A DNA stretch of 60,183 nucleotides, filler included, from Sluysia triapertura (taxonomy: Eukaryota), in NCBI GenBank assembly GCA_046118255.1. It is 4 parts of 4 records of this genome, joined end to end, with 100 filler letters (N's around TTAATTAATTAA, not from the genome) between each part and the next. Parts side by side here need not be neighbours in the genome. Positions count along the whole stretch, not along the records: positions 38,188 to 49,306 come from JBJNIA010188665.1; positions 49,407 to 60,183 come from JBJNIA010193649.1; 2 more parts are not named here. The stretch is one strand, 5' to 3'. A program made the position numbers and the translations under genes. Positions 38,598 through 51,378 of this stretch are shown here, piece by piece (positions within the stretch are counted from its first letter, which is position 1; each line of letters starts with the position of its first letter). The notes below the pieces were generated by a model. That model made no database searches, was not told the DNA's origin, and saw only the letters and a list, made by a program, of their open reading frames with translations.

Positions 38598-39131
38598 CGA
38601 TATTTTATCTACAACTGCACTCCAACTTGATGATGTTTGTACACCAGAAACTGTATAACCTCGTTTATGCTCTTTACGATTCTTTTCTCTCATAGATAAA
38701 GCACCTTTAAACCAGAGTGGTGCTAATCTTTTACAATGTGATAATAAAATATGTATAAATAATGCTTCTGATGGTTTTGGATTGGATGGATTATTAGAAT
38801 TACAATTAATATTAGGATTGTTTGCATTACCGACTGAATTAAGATCATTAATACCGGTAGTATTATTAGTAGTCGTTAAATTTGTCAATGCACCAATTTG
38901 ACCACTTAATCCCATTGAATTGGTAGCAGAACCTATGCTACCAATATTAAACTTACTGGCAAATTGATTAAATCCGTTATAATGTCCATTAGAAGCTGCT
39001 TGTTCGGATAATAAGTAATCTTTGTCAGATAATAGATATTTTGGGGACAGAAAATCATTTTCATGGTAATGTAAAGGATCGATATCGCTTGTATTACTTT
39101 TTACATCAATTTGCAGTGGATCATGAGAATC
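38598..39131 (-). CDS. 178-codon exon of an unidentified gene; possible first exon at 39912-39856 (MDDYMKVEKRLSMEVDVSN)
   Basis: tttag acceptor at 39133-32 and GTTAGT donor at 38597, with a stop-free phase-0 frame. An Asn/Ser-rich linker precedes a structured segment EALFIHILLSHCKRLAPLWFKGALSMREKNRKEHKRGY. Confidence 0.65.
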
Positions 39132-42100
39132 CTAAATTAAAATAAATTCACTGTTTTTCAGTAGTAAATAATATTACACAAAATTTTACTTCTGATAAAA
39201 CTAAACGATTAGTAAACATAATCTCGAAATGAATTAATAAATAATTTCATAATATATCCATATAAAATCCAAAAAAAAGCGTACAATGTAATATACTTGA
39301 AACTTGTCTAGATATAACATTTCAATGATCTCTTGATTTAATCTTGTATGTCATCTTTGTAATTTGCTAATTTGCACATATCTCATCTCAATATGATAAC
39401 TATATCCGTTGTAGAAATAGTTAAATTTGAGATATATGTATAAAAAGATTATAAGATACAAAACAATTACTAATTTTCAATCCCGTACATTAATTTTAAG
39501 TACATCCTGTCCATAATAATAATAATACATTTTACTATTAATATATATTACAATATTTTCCTATCTATTATCACAAAATTTTCTCAATAAATGGTTAAGT
39601 TAAATAAGTTTTACTCATGCAATCATTATACAATCTTAAAGTCATTTATCAATATTTAAAATGATTATCAACATTTTTAAAAGTGTTTTTGAATAAATTA
39701 ATCATAATAAAATAATTGTTTAAATCACATTAACAAAGAACACTTAAAAATAAATTTTTAACTTTATTAATTATATTTAAAAATAAATAAATTAATAAAT
39801 AAATTTAAATAAATAAAATTTAATAAATAATTTAAATAAAATAAACAAAAATTACATTAGAAACATCGACTTCCATGCTTAATCTTTTTTCAACTTTCAT
39901 ATAATCATCCATTTAATTTATTACTGATTAAAATCGATGCTTCACGATAATAATGCAAGTCTATTGCTACACACAACTGAATTCACCTAGTTTCCTGGCG
40001 AATCAGATTTAATTTTGAATTTTTTAGAGGTTCGATCTTCATTATGAGTTAATAAAAATTAGATATAGTAAAACAAATGAATCTAATTCGTATTTTCCTA
40101 TCGTTGCTATTTGTACGATTTGTATTAGCTATTTACACTTTAAAAGTAGTTTGAAATGTAATATAAATTAGCACATCCTTTTTTAACTGTGATATTTAAT
40201 TTATATTTAAATTCTATTTATATATACATAAAATTAATTGATAAAACAGTTGGAAAAATTTTGAGATGTTTTACTTTCAAAGGTTGTTTTGTTAAAAATG
40301 ACTCAAAATATAAAAAAATATTTTAAAAATAAATTAAAAATTAGTAATTTTCTGTGACAATTTTTGCTTTGTTTATTTGTTTAAACGCATTATTAATTAA
40401 TTGAAATAATTGTATACGTTTATAATAACAATAAATAATAAAAAATTGTTCAATTTAGAATAAAAACTTAACAGTTTTACTGCTTGTGCAAGAAGAAAAT
40501 TAACTTAATAATCACATTAATTAATAATTAAATTTGTATCCTCATTTTATGGTTATCAATGTTATATATTTGAAATGTTGAAGTATTGAGTAAATAATTT
40601 AATTATTTTAGTTAACCTATTTATGTGCTATGTATGCTATTGCATTCATTGACGTATTCCTTGAAATTTTACTTGAATAAACTCTTAAAGCATTACTTTT
40701 ACAAAGGTCAATTTATAACAATACTTCTAAAGTTAAAATTGTCTACGAAAAGGTGAGTCAATTTATATTTTTGTTGGTAACATTGTCTTGACTTGTAAAT
40801 TAATTTTGTTGTGATTAATATTTATTTAGAAATAATTAATGGTGGCACTTGTAAAAACACCACATTTTCTTTTTAATACAGAAGTATTATCCTTCTGTTG
40901 AATATTATTTTACTAAATATATTGAGAAATTTTGATTATTTTTAATAGTTATGTGAAATGTGAAAGTGAGTACCCTACGATCCTACACTCATACACTTAA
41001 AGGGCTAGTTCGTAAATATCAGCAAGAATAAAAGTGGAAGTTTATTTTAAAATTAAAGTGGTAAAATCTTAAACTTGTCTTAATAGTAATTAGCTGTAAT
41101 TAACTCCTTAATCAGTAATATTTATTAATTTACGTAAAATTTTACTAAGGTATCCTTACTAAAATCAAATCTAATAATGATAATTTAAGTAAGAGTTTAT
41201 AAAAGGTATTCTTTATTTGGTTCTTTAAATAACCAAAATTAAAATAATAATTATATTAAAAGTATAATAAAAAGGTATACTAATAGATATTATATAAAAT
41301 AAAATTATAAATAAGTGATAATTTACAATAGCTAAATGACTTTAAAAATACTTGTACTAATATTTTACAGATAGAAATTATAACTGAGGGATAAAAATTT
41401 AACACGATTAATATATAATCGAAATAACAGATTTTAATTGAGATTTTAATTTACTACACCACTTTAAAAGGTCTTTCAAATAAAAATTACAAAATAAAAT
41501 TTACGTGGAGTTTGCTATCTATTAAAATAATGATGGTCTATTGTCTTCAAATAAGTAGCAAACATTTTTGAAAGTAGTCCACTGTTGAAAACATTCGTTG
41601 AAATAATTATGAATCGTGTAAACTGTAGAGAATTTTGATCCATATTGGAAGTAGAAGCAAAGAGCAATTGGTGGTAAATTGTCTAAAACAAAGTTAATGT
41701 TTAAATACTTTCTAATAAGGTGAACTTTGTTACTAAATGATTTGATTTATTCATTTTAAACAAAACATAAAACAAAATATTTGTAGATATTGTGTATAAA
41801 ATCTTTATAAATAATATTTTTAGAATATTTTACATAAGTAATCCTAATAAATTTTACATGATCGATATCATGATAACTTATTTTAATTTACATTAATAAT
41901 TTATTCTAATTTCATAATTGCATAAATTTACAAATAATTTATCTTATACATGAATTACATAAATATTAAAATTTTGCATAATTATTAAAATTCCTTAAAT
42001 TCTTTATACTTTAAACCTTGTAACATTATTGATGTAAATAATTAAATTGTAAACAGTTTTTCAAACGGTACTGATAAATAAATATATAAATAAATATTTT

Positions 42101-43089
42101 TGAATTTGAAAGATATACCATAAGTAACTATCCGATTAATTGACCTCCCGATTTAAAAGTACAAATTAACGAAAACCCTAGAGACAGGCTTATATTAAGT
42201 TATAAGTTGAACATGCAAACATTCATTCTTTGATTGCGGAATCGCAGAAAAATCCACCACTTCTATTTATAATAACTTTTAGCATAGAAAAACCATTTTC
42301 AATGAGTATTATGTCAAAGTTACATTTTTAGATTCAATAAACATTAGAATATAAGTTGCACTTCATCAAGGTTATGTGTTTCTAGTTTATCCGATTATTC
42401 CACCATAAGTAATCCTTTGTTAAAACTTTTAAATTTAATTAAACTAATGATTTCTTGCTTTATATTCGTTAATTTACAATGTGGGTCTTCAATTTTTCTA
42501 TGAGTGATAGGTTATGATAGTATTCCCCATTCAAAATAACTTTCCCAAAATAATACTTTAATCTAAAAGTATTTTACATGACGATTAATTTTCCGCCTAC
42601 TACTCTGATCCAATGAACCCGAGTGTAAATTTCACTAGTTATTTTCTAGTAATATGTTACTTCCTGACTTTTTATATAGACCAATATATTTATTTATATA
42701 TTTAAACTTTTTTTGTTTTATGAACTCATATAGTAAGCAATGTTAAATTAATTAACATATGTGGTGGTATGATATTTAGTTTTGTGTTGAATATGAAAGA
42801 TTGTATTGCTACACATAAATTTAACTTAATTTTACTAAAAATCAAATTCAAAAATTGAAAATTATTTCTTAAATTATCTTTTGTTAAAAATTTCGTTAAA
42901 CAGATTAATTCTAACAAGTAAAAATAAAAGCTAGATATATCTATTTTTATTACAAGTGGATGAAATTTAAATTTAATTCTAAATTGTTTAATTATTTTCC
43001 GAATATGTCCGGTCACGTTTTCCATTGTAAATCTAAAAAAATATGAATATAAAATAAAATAAAATAAATATAAATTGTGAATTTACTTT

Positions 43090-43535
43090 TAAGTCTTTCT
43101 GAATTACTGAATCAAATGGTACATTAATACAACCACAACTGTCAATGACAGAAAGACCAATGGACAAGCTTCGTTTTCCAAGTGTAATCGCCAAACTTGA
43201 TAAAAGACCATTTACTCCATCATAGTGTTCATTGTGATCTGCCGAATAACCGAGAATATCTTTGAATTCATTGAAACAGTGGTAATATTGACAAATTTTA
43301 CCCTATTTTGAACATTCACTAGTTGGTGTAGTTTCATATAGGCAGAGAGCCATCTTATAATGTTTGATGTCATTAACATAACTCGATAGATTTATATACA
43401 TAGGTTTATTACTATCATAAATGATGTAACTTTATTTGTCATGACAAATGAAACTAAATCTATTAATTTGTGAGCCATTAGAAGTACGTTAATGGGTACT
43501 GGTATAGCATGAACACCGATTGATAATATTGATCT
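43090..43535 (-). pseudogene. Second, more diverged Unkempt-like CCCH fragment
   Basis: One frame with three stops containing IKHYKMALCLYETTPTSECSK*GKICQYYHC (Unkempt YYKTxxCxxETDxxGxCxKNGxHCAFAH). A GT-AG intron-like interval follows at 43086-43033. Confidence 0.5.
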
Positions 43536-46500
43536 ATCAATACTTTTATCTAGCATTATTGATTTGTATTTCAAAGTACGTATATTTTGTACTTTGCTTA
43601 ATCTAACATAGATTTCATTAATTTTAAAATTTGAAAAGTTTGTAACTTTCGCTAGTACTACATATAAAAGCTAAAACCAAAACATAAAACCCAAAAGCTA
43701 AAACTAATTTTTTATTTGAAATTACTGGATAATTATTCTGGTTTTTAAAATATTGTAATAAATCACATCCATCTACACATATACCATCTTTTATTTGATT
43801 GCTGTTAACAGAATAAACAATATAATCACTTTTAAATTATCTACTTCACTAAAGTTGAGTAACATATTTCTAAAAACATATTTAGGTGACACGTAATAGA
43901 AAACTAATTGTCTTTTGAATATTCAATTCATTTAATGTAAGCATCCAGAAATTATTTTAACGTCTATTTTAATTTATAAGTAATATTGAGAAATAAAAAT
44001 TTTAATGACACCTTTTTTATAATCGTAATTATCAATGAAGTTACAGCTCAATTATGTTGTACAAAAATTTTTAATAATAAATTTTAATAGATACTCTTTT
44101 AAAATGAATGATTTGTGTGTCGATTAACTTTTCTCACCTTTGTTATTACTTTTTGTGTCACTGTGTTTGTGAATTAACTACGATTGGGCATTCAATCAGG
44201 AGTACAAAAGTAAGTAGTAAAACAGGACCGATTGGATGTCCAATTACAAATCACAGAAAATGCAGATCAGACATCTGCGTAAGTGACAGCTACTAGTTGA
44301 CAATCATAGCGGTAAATTATTGATTTTTCAATTTAAATCAGTCAGCTAGTGACAGATGCAATGAAAAATAATGGTTTTGTGATTGATTAATGATAATAAT
44401 AATAATATTAAAAAATGATAATTATAATAATGATAAAAATTATAATAAATAAACAATATTAAATAGTAATAATAATTATTATTATTATAATTATAATAAT
44501 AATTATTATTATTATAATAAATAAACAATATTAAATAGTAATGATAATAATAATAATAGAAATAAAGTAATGTCCTTTCTAAACACGATCTTTCTTATAT
44601 TTGATTCTCATTCTAAACTTATAATTAAATGAATTTAGAAAAAGTGAAATTCGTTGACTCAAAGTTACTAAAAACCATTAAAAGGTGTAAATGCTTGAAT
44701 GTGAATGAATTGAGCATTTGGAATGTTTTGAGTTAATTTCAAGATATATGCATGCAAATTTAAGGTGTAAATTGAGATTCGAATGTTATGAGATAAAGAA
44801 TAAAAAATGTTTTAAATAAATTTTTAAATGTATAGGTGGTTTAAGATGTAAATTGTAATTCTGGTGTGATGAAATAGTGGATTAGATGTTGACAGATTGT
44901 AACTTTGAAATGTTTCGAGGTAGGAAAATTGTTTTAGTTAATCTGAAAGAAATAAAATATGAAAAAGGTTTTGACAGAAAAATAGGTAAAATGTTATGGA
45001 ATGTTATTTCATGTACGATGTTTTGAATTGATTTTTTTAAGTATATCTTTGATGATTTTCGGTATTGCATATGATTTTGATGTTATGAAATTTTATGTTT
45101 AGAATGTTTGGAAGTATTAACAATTATGAAATGTTCTGAAGAATAATTTTTTTATATTTTGTTGATATAAAACTTCAAATTACTGGGTTGGCCACACAAC
45201 ATGTGTACTTTACCCATTTCATACCTTAAAACATATTTCAATGTGCTATTTTAAACTTGATACTAGTTTTCTGTTCTGTAGAATATATCCGTTTTATCAT
45301 TATTATTATCATTATCATTATTATTACTATTGTTGTTAGATTTAAGAAAACTTAACGCAAAGTTAACAATATTCGATTTGAGTAATTATAACTCTTTGCA
45401 AACTGAAAATATCTTTAAATATACTCTTTATGTGTATTGATAATAAATATACAATTTATTATCAATAACTTTATTTAGATCTTGTGTTTTCAAAATTTGC
45501 TTTCAAATTATCTTTATAGAATCTCATTTTCAAATGATTATTTTTTAATTTTAATCTACAACTAATTGTTATTTGTTCTTAAATTTTGAATTTATATTGA
45601 CTCTATTAAATCTCATTTTAAATTGAAGAAAAGCATTATAATCTTAATGAAAATTATTTTAATTTTACTTTAATAATTTTTATTTTAAATAAATTTAAAT
45701 TAAATCAATTTTAGATTTTAAAAATTAGTGAATATTATTATTATTATTATTGTTGTTATTATTATTATCTATAATCGCATTATTAATTTTCTATTAATTT
45801 TTATTAAATTTTATAATTATAATTATAATAATTATTATTACTTTTTGAAATAATATTAATTTTATTATAATTTTTAATTATAATACTGGATATAAACCTG
45901 ACGCATACCTAGTGGATGGGACAATAACTCACAAAATTATTATCTTATATTAATTATGATCAACGATATGTTGTTCAACGCAAAGTATATTTCATTCCAA
46001 CCCACAAATCTTATCAAACGATAAGAAACAAGTCATCTTTGCCAATAGAATTTTAACGGTTTCGACTTATTCGTAAAATTAACTCAAAATTTTAGCTAAT
46101 AAAATTATAGGTAAGTTATGATAAAATAAAAATAAATTTTATATAGAAAGTGGTTATGAAGATGGTTATGAATTGCTACGTAAGGCATTTTTAGATAACT
46201 AATATTGATGACTAGTCAAATCGTAGAATCACTTAAGTCAATAATAAACGTATTAGCAGACAAGTCAACGCAAGAAGATGTAAACATTCTGTAAATAACA
46301 TGTCTAAAATTTGCTGTAGCTTAAACTGATACTATTAACTTATTAAAATATCTCGAGGCAAATCTTTGAAAGCACCATTAACCTACATAAGAAACCTTAT
46401 CTAAAAATTAATCTTTCCTCGTAGCTATCTAGATCATGAAAAGATTAAAACAAAACATCATCTAAATTGTGTCGTTTGCTTGCAATCTTAGACGAACTTT

Positions 46501-48279
46501 TAGTAACTTCATCATTATTTTTAAGAAAAGCTGGTGTTTAATATTTGATCACTTGACGGTAATTTCTTATAATAAAAGAAACATCTTTAAAATATGAAAA
46601 ACCCACAAATTGACTGTATTTACAAAATATACTTGTACCTTTTCCTCGTTGTCTCAAGTTTTCAAGTCTTGGAAAATTGCTTAATGTTAGATAAATTGTT
46701 TTTTGTCGAAGAACATTTTAATAATTATTTTTTAAAATACGGTACGAATTTATTTTAACCCTAAAAAATAAATCTTTTTAAACATTTTGCTGAAGTCTTA
46801 TTAATTCGAGTGGTTGGAGATCCGGAAGCACTAATAGAAATATTTTTAAAATTGTTGCTAGAACTTAGTTCAAATAATAGACCACTTCTAGAACTGTTAG
46901 ATGGTCAGAATACCACAAGTGAAAGATGTAGTAATTTTTGTTACATATCAAAGTTTCAAGTGTTTATTTTTGTCTTTTTTGCTTTAAGGTTGGATCCTAC
47001 CCGTTGAATTTCAAAATAGTGCGCTTTTTCATAATGATCTTTAATAATCATAATGTTATAATAATAATAATAAAGTTCTATAAATAACCTGAATTAAGAT
47101 TTTATGTAAATTATGAAATAATAAGATTTGATACTAAGAATTTAGTTTTAAATTTAAAAATGGTGATTAATGTAGCATAATAAATCATTACCATTTACAC
47201 AATAAGCCTTCTAAGTGAAATTCTTTTGTCTACAACAAAGCATCAGAACACCTTTTAATTACTACATATTTTTACTCTAGATAATGTTGAATTTTATACA
47301 TAGCACTATTAATTCATTTCTAAGATAAGTATCCACTTTCAAGCAAAGAAAAGTGTCTAACATATATTGAAATAACAAACCTTAGGATCAAGAGAAGACC
47401 CAAATTTATTTGATGCAAGAATTAAAAGGAGAATCGGATGTAAGACACTATAGGCAGACCAATTGATTATCTTTATTTTGCATAAATAAGTCACTTCCAT
47501 AAGTTAAGACATAGCAGTATCTATGAATTATGATGGTGAGAACGTTTGAGATGAAATGAAGAGTTTGTCTTTATGTAAAAATAACATTATAATTTTTAAA
47601 ATAAAACATTATAATTCTAAAAATAAATAATTTTATTAAAATAAATTGCTCAATAAACTTAAGCAAAACTTAGAAATTTGAAAATTAGAACTACGTATTT
47701 CAAAGTAAGCTCAAAAGATGATGAAATAAAAATAAGAAGGAAGAATGAAACGTATCACAGTTAATTAGCCAGAAAAGAAGCTACAGATCTAACAAGAACG
47801 TAGAAGTGCAAAAAACAAGAAAATGTAAATGTAGCTATAATATAGAATAAATAAGGAATAAATAATAGATAAATATAGCGGATGAAAATATGACCAGAAT
47901 AATAATAATAATGTAAAATAAAATTAACGATCACATGGAAAAAATTGGTCATGCATGAGTAAAAATATGTAGAATAAGATATATTTTATTGTAAAATAAA
48001 ATTGACTATAAAATGAAACTATTATAGCATAGAATTGGTTATAATGTAATGTAAATGAAAAATACTACAAAATGACTTTGAAGATATTAACATTTAATTT
48101 TATTTTGTTCGAAATATTAGATAACATTTGATTGTATAATAGCTGAAATTTTGAAAAATATTCTGAGACGCTAAACAATAAGTATGACATCTTGAAATTA
48201 AAATTCAGGCCTAAAAACGTTCACGTTTTTTATTATTCCACTTAAATTACCTATGGTATTATTATTAATATCATTATAA

Positions 48280-48282
<3 letters not shown>

Positions 48283-48336
<54 letters not shown>
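48283..48336. repeat. (ATT)n microsatellite
   Basis: Trinucleotide run. Confidence 0.95.
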
Positions 48337-48338
<2 letters not shown>

Positions 48339-48965
48339 AATTTTGGTTCATTTTGATATTTTTAATTCTTTATTGAAATTTTGAAAGATATTTGAGAACT
48401 TTATTCGTATTTCCATCTCTAATATCATTAAAATAATAACTTCACAGATAAACGCTGAAGTTTTGAAATCATCTGATATTAGTTACAGTATTGTGACAGT
48501 TTAAGTAATTATTATTAAGTCAATTATTAAAAAGTTAAATTAGAATAAAGAATCAAAAGTAAAAGTTTCATGTAGTTTATAATTGCATAACATTCTTTTA
48601 TTAATGTAATCATTAATACAGACCAAGTTTAAATTTTATATATTTAATTTTAATTTAAAATAAATACTTATAAAATTTTAGTATACTTAATCTAAAATCT
48701 GATTTAGAAGCATTTTATTATGACATTCATTTATGTCGTTTCATTTGATTCTATCATACTTAAAACATCATTGAAATCCGAGAAACTGTACACTTTATGC
48801 ATTTCTTGTCTGATTTCACATTATTTATTAAAACATATTGTTTTCTTTTTCACCATTTTATCTCAATAAATGATGTAGACAACTTTTGTAATCGTAAAGT
48901 AATATATTTTATCAAAATACATACAAATCTAATAACATCATCTAAATATATTACGACTAACTACT

Positions 48966-49306
48966 TTAACCCTTTAACCGCTGGTGAGCGCATTTTTGCG
49001 AACATAAATTTCGTTGCGAGATTATATGAAATATATGTGAGAAAAGCTATTAAAAGCTGGCGCCACTTGCGTTTGTGTTAATTTCAAAATTAATAAAAAA
49101 TGTAAACTTTTTCATGAATTTTCAATAAAATAGCATAAAATGTAAAATTTGGTAAATTTAGTATTCTCTATCAAAGTGTAATATTGTGTGTGGAATGTTC
49201 TAAAGCAATCTGCTACTTTCTAACCAAATTAATAACTTTAGACTTTATAATATTTTCACTTATTTTATTTGATTCAAATATTTTTCTCACAAAATGGTGG
49301 TATATT
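48966..49306. mobile_element. Probable piggyBac-type element end, cut by the linker
   Basis: TTAA|CCCTTTAACCGCTGG start followed by a GC-richer subterminal region. Only one end is visible. Confidence 0.4.
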
Positions 49307-49406
49307 NNNNNNNNNNNNNNNNNNNNNNNNNNNNNNNNNNNNNNNNNNNNTTAATTAATTAANNNNNNNNNNNNNNNNNNNNNNNNNNNNNNNNNNNNNN
49401 NNNNNN
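49307..49406. other. Artificial contig linker N44-TTAATTAATTAA-N44
   Basis: Same spacer as 10946-11045. Confidence 0.97.
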
Positions 49407-50432
49407 TAAAAAATAGACTTTGTACTAATTAGACTTTATGTAAATTTGTTTTAAAAATTTCGTTAAAACTTTCGTCATTACATTATTATTATAAAACAAA
49501 ATTATTTATTATATATAGATCGTATGTACAAGTGAGTAATTAATTTTTGTTTTAAATTATTCCTTTCTAAACTGATTTTATTTTATTTAATTTTGTGCTT
49601 CTAATCTTAATTTAACCACTTCACAGTTTTGCCCTAACTTCATTCGGGCGCGAAACGTTCTCGTAGGATTGTGTATTGAATGTTTCAAAATATATCATAC
49701 TAAATAAAAAAGTGACAATTTTAAAAAATATCCGACTGCTAAGTTGATTTTGTTTTATTTACAGAATGCCTTATTTTAAAATGACTTTGATGGATTGTAA
49801 TATTTTTAAGTTTAATTTCATATTATTCCTCAATAATAATCTTAATTTAAGATGACATATAACTTGATTTCGTATTCTCAAAGGTTTTATTTATCTTTTC
49901 TTCAAATGCGAGCATAATCAAGGTACTACACAGTATTATAGACATGCAATTTTATTTACAATATTTTTTATAAATTTTATGAGAAAATTTATAAGTATTT
50001 TATATATATTTTATGAGCATTATGTCATTCCACACTATAAACACGAGAAACTGGATATCGTATTTGCACCCTCTTCTAATTTCTGAAATCGTTAAATAAA
50101 TGGTTGATTTGATTCATCATATGACGTATACAAACAGTCGATTAAATACAATGAATTGACCGAATAACTAAAACAATCAAATAATTAATTAATATTGCAA
50201 AAAGAAATAATAAATTTTGTAATGACTGTTTACTACAAGTAAAATATTAAACAAACATTTTTATGCCCAGAGTGGAAAATGGTTTTATATAATGTAACTA
50301 TAATATACTTTAAAAAAGTACCAAAATATATCATGTAATTTCGTCATTGTGCATATCTAAGATGTTTGTCACAAAAATTCTGTAATTTGTAAATAGTTTG
50401 TAAGTAACATTAATTATTAGTTATAAAAATAC

Positions 50433-50568
50433 TGTTGGGGTAAAAAGCCTAAAGTGCCATTTGGTAAAATTGTTAGACGGGGCTGATAGCTCAGTGGTAG
50501 AGCATCGAACTGCGCAACGAGAGGTCCCGGGTTCGATCACCGGTCAGTCCATTTTATTAAGTCTAACA
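50433..50568 (+). mobile_element. Solo tRNA-containing LTR (tRNA-like unit 50480-50551)
   Basis: TGTTGGGG...CTAACA ends. GGGCTGA/TCAGTCC acceptor stem, A box TAGCTCAGTGG, B box GGTTCGATC, then TTTT. No TSD retained. Confidence 0.8.
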
Positions 50569-51378
50569 TTAATATTGATTTAATTCTCCATTAATACCTT
50601 TTATATGAGTTCACATTTGACATTAAGTGATTGCACTACTTCATCAAAACTATTATTTATCAATCTCGGTAAGTTTTTCATAAACATTCATTTGCGAAAT
50701 CCTTTAAGCAAGCCATTTCGTACGACTTGTACCAACTCATTAATTCATGTCACTTGTGATCACAGGTTATATTTACATTAAGAAAATTACTTCAAAGATA
50801 ATTCGCCGATTTGTCCAACGGATGTGATGCTCAAGGCCCGAAGATTAATAAAAATTCGGTTCCACATAATTTAAATAATTGCCACTTATAGCTTATGCTG
50901 AGGATTACATATTATCCTCTCAAGGCATCACAATAAAGTATTCATTTGATGTTTGAAAACTAATGTAATTCAGAATAATTATCAAGCAGATCATAAATTA
51001 TCCATTAATTACCTTTTAAAATCGAGTTCTTATGCTTAGTATTAATTAGCACCACCATAAAAATATTATTTTTGGAATATATGGGCGTTACATACTTAAG
51101 TTACTAATTTTATATATTTAGGCGTTGCCCGAATAATTGAAAAAATTATTAATTATTATAATTATTGTGCAATGCTAATTAAAGGATGATGACCTTAGGA
51201 CTTGACAATTTATTATTTTAATATTACTATTTAGTTCTGATGTTAGATTCGTACATTATCGAATATATTTTACAAAAATACTAATACAATTTTGATATAT
51301 AAAATATATTTTACAAGAGTAACTAATGCCAAACAATGACTACAAAATGAAAAATGCACTTCGAATCAAAACTGCCTT

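Noticed and set aside
39856-39912. MDDYMKVEK resembling the CDK1 N-terminus
   Set aside because: No GEGxYG or other kinase motif follows.
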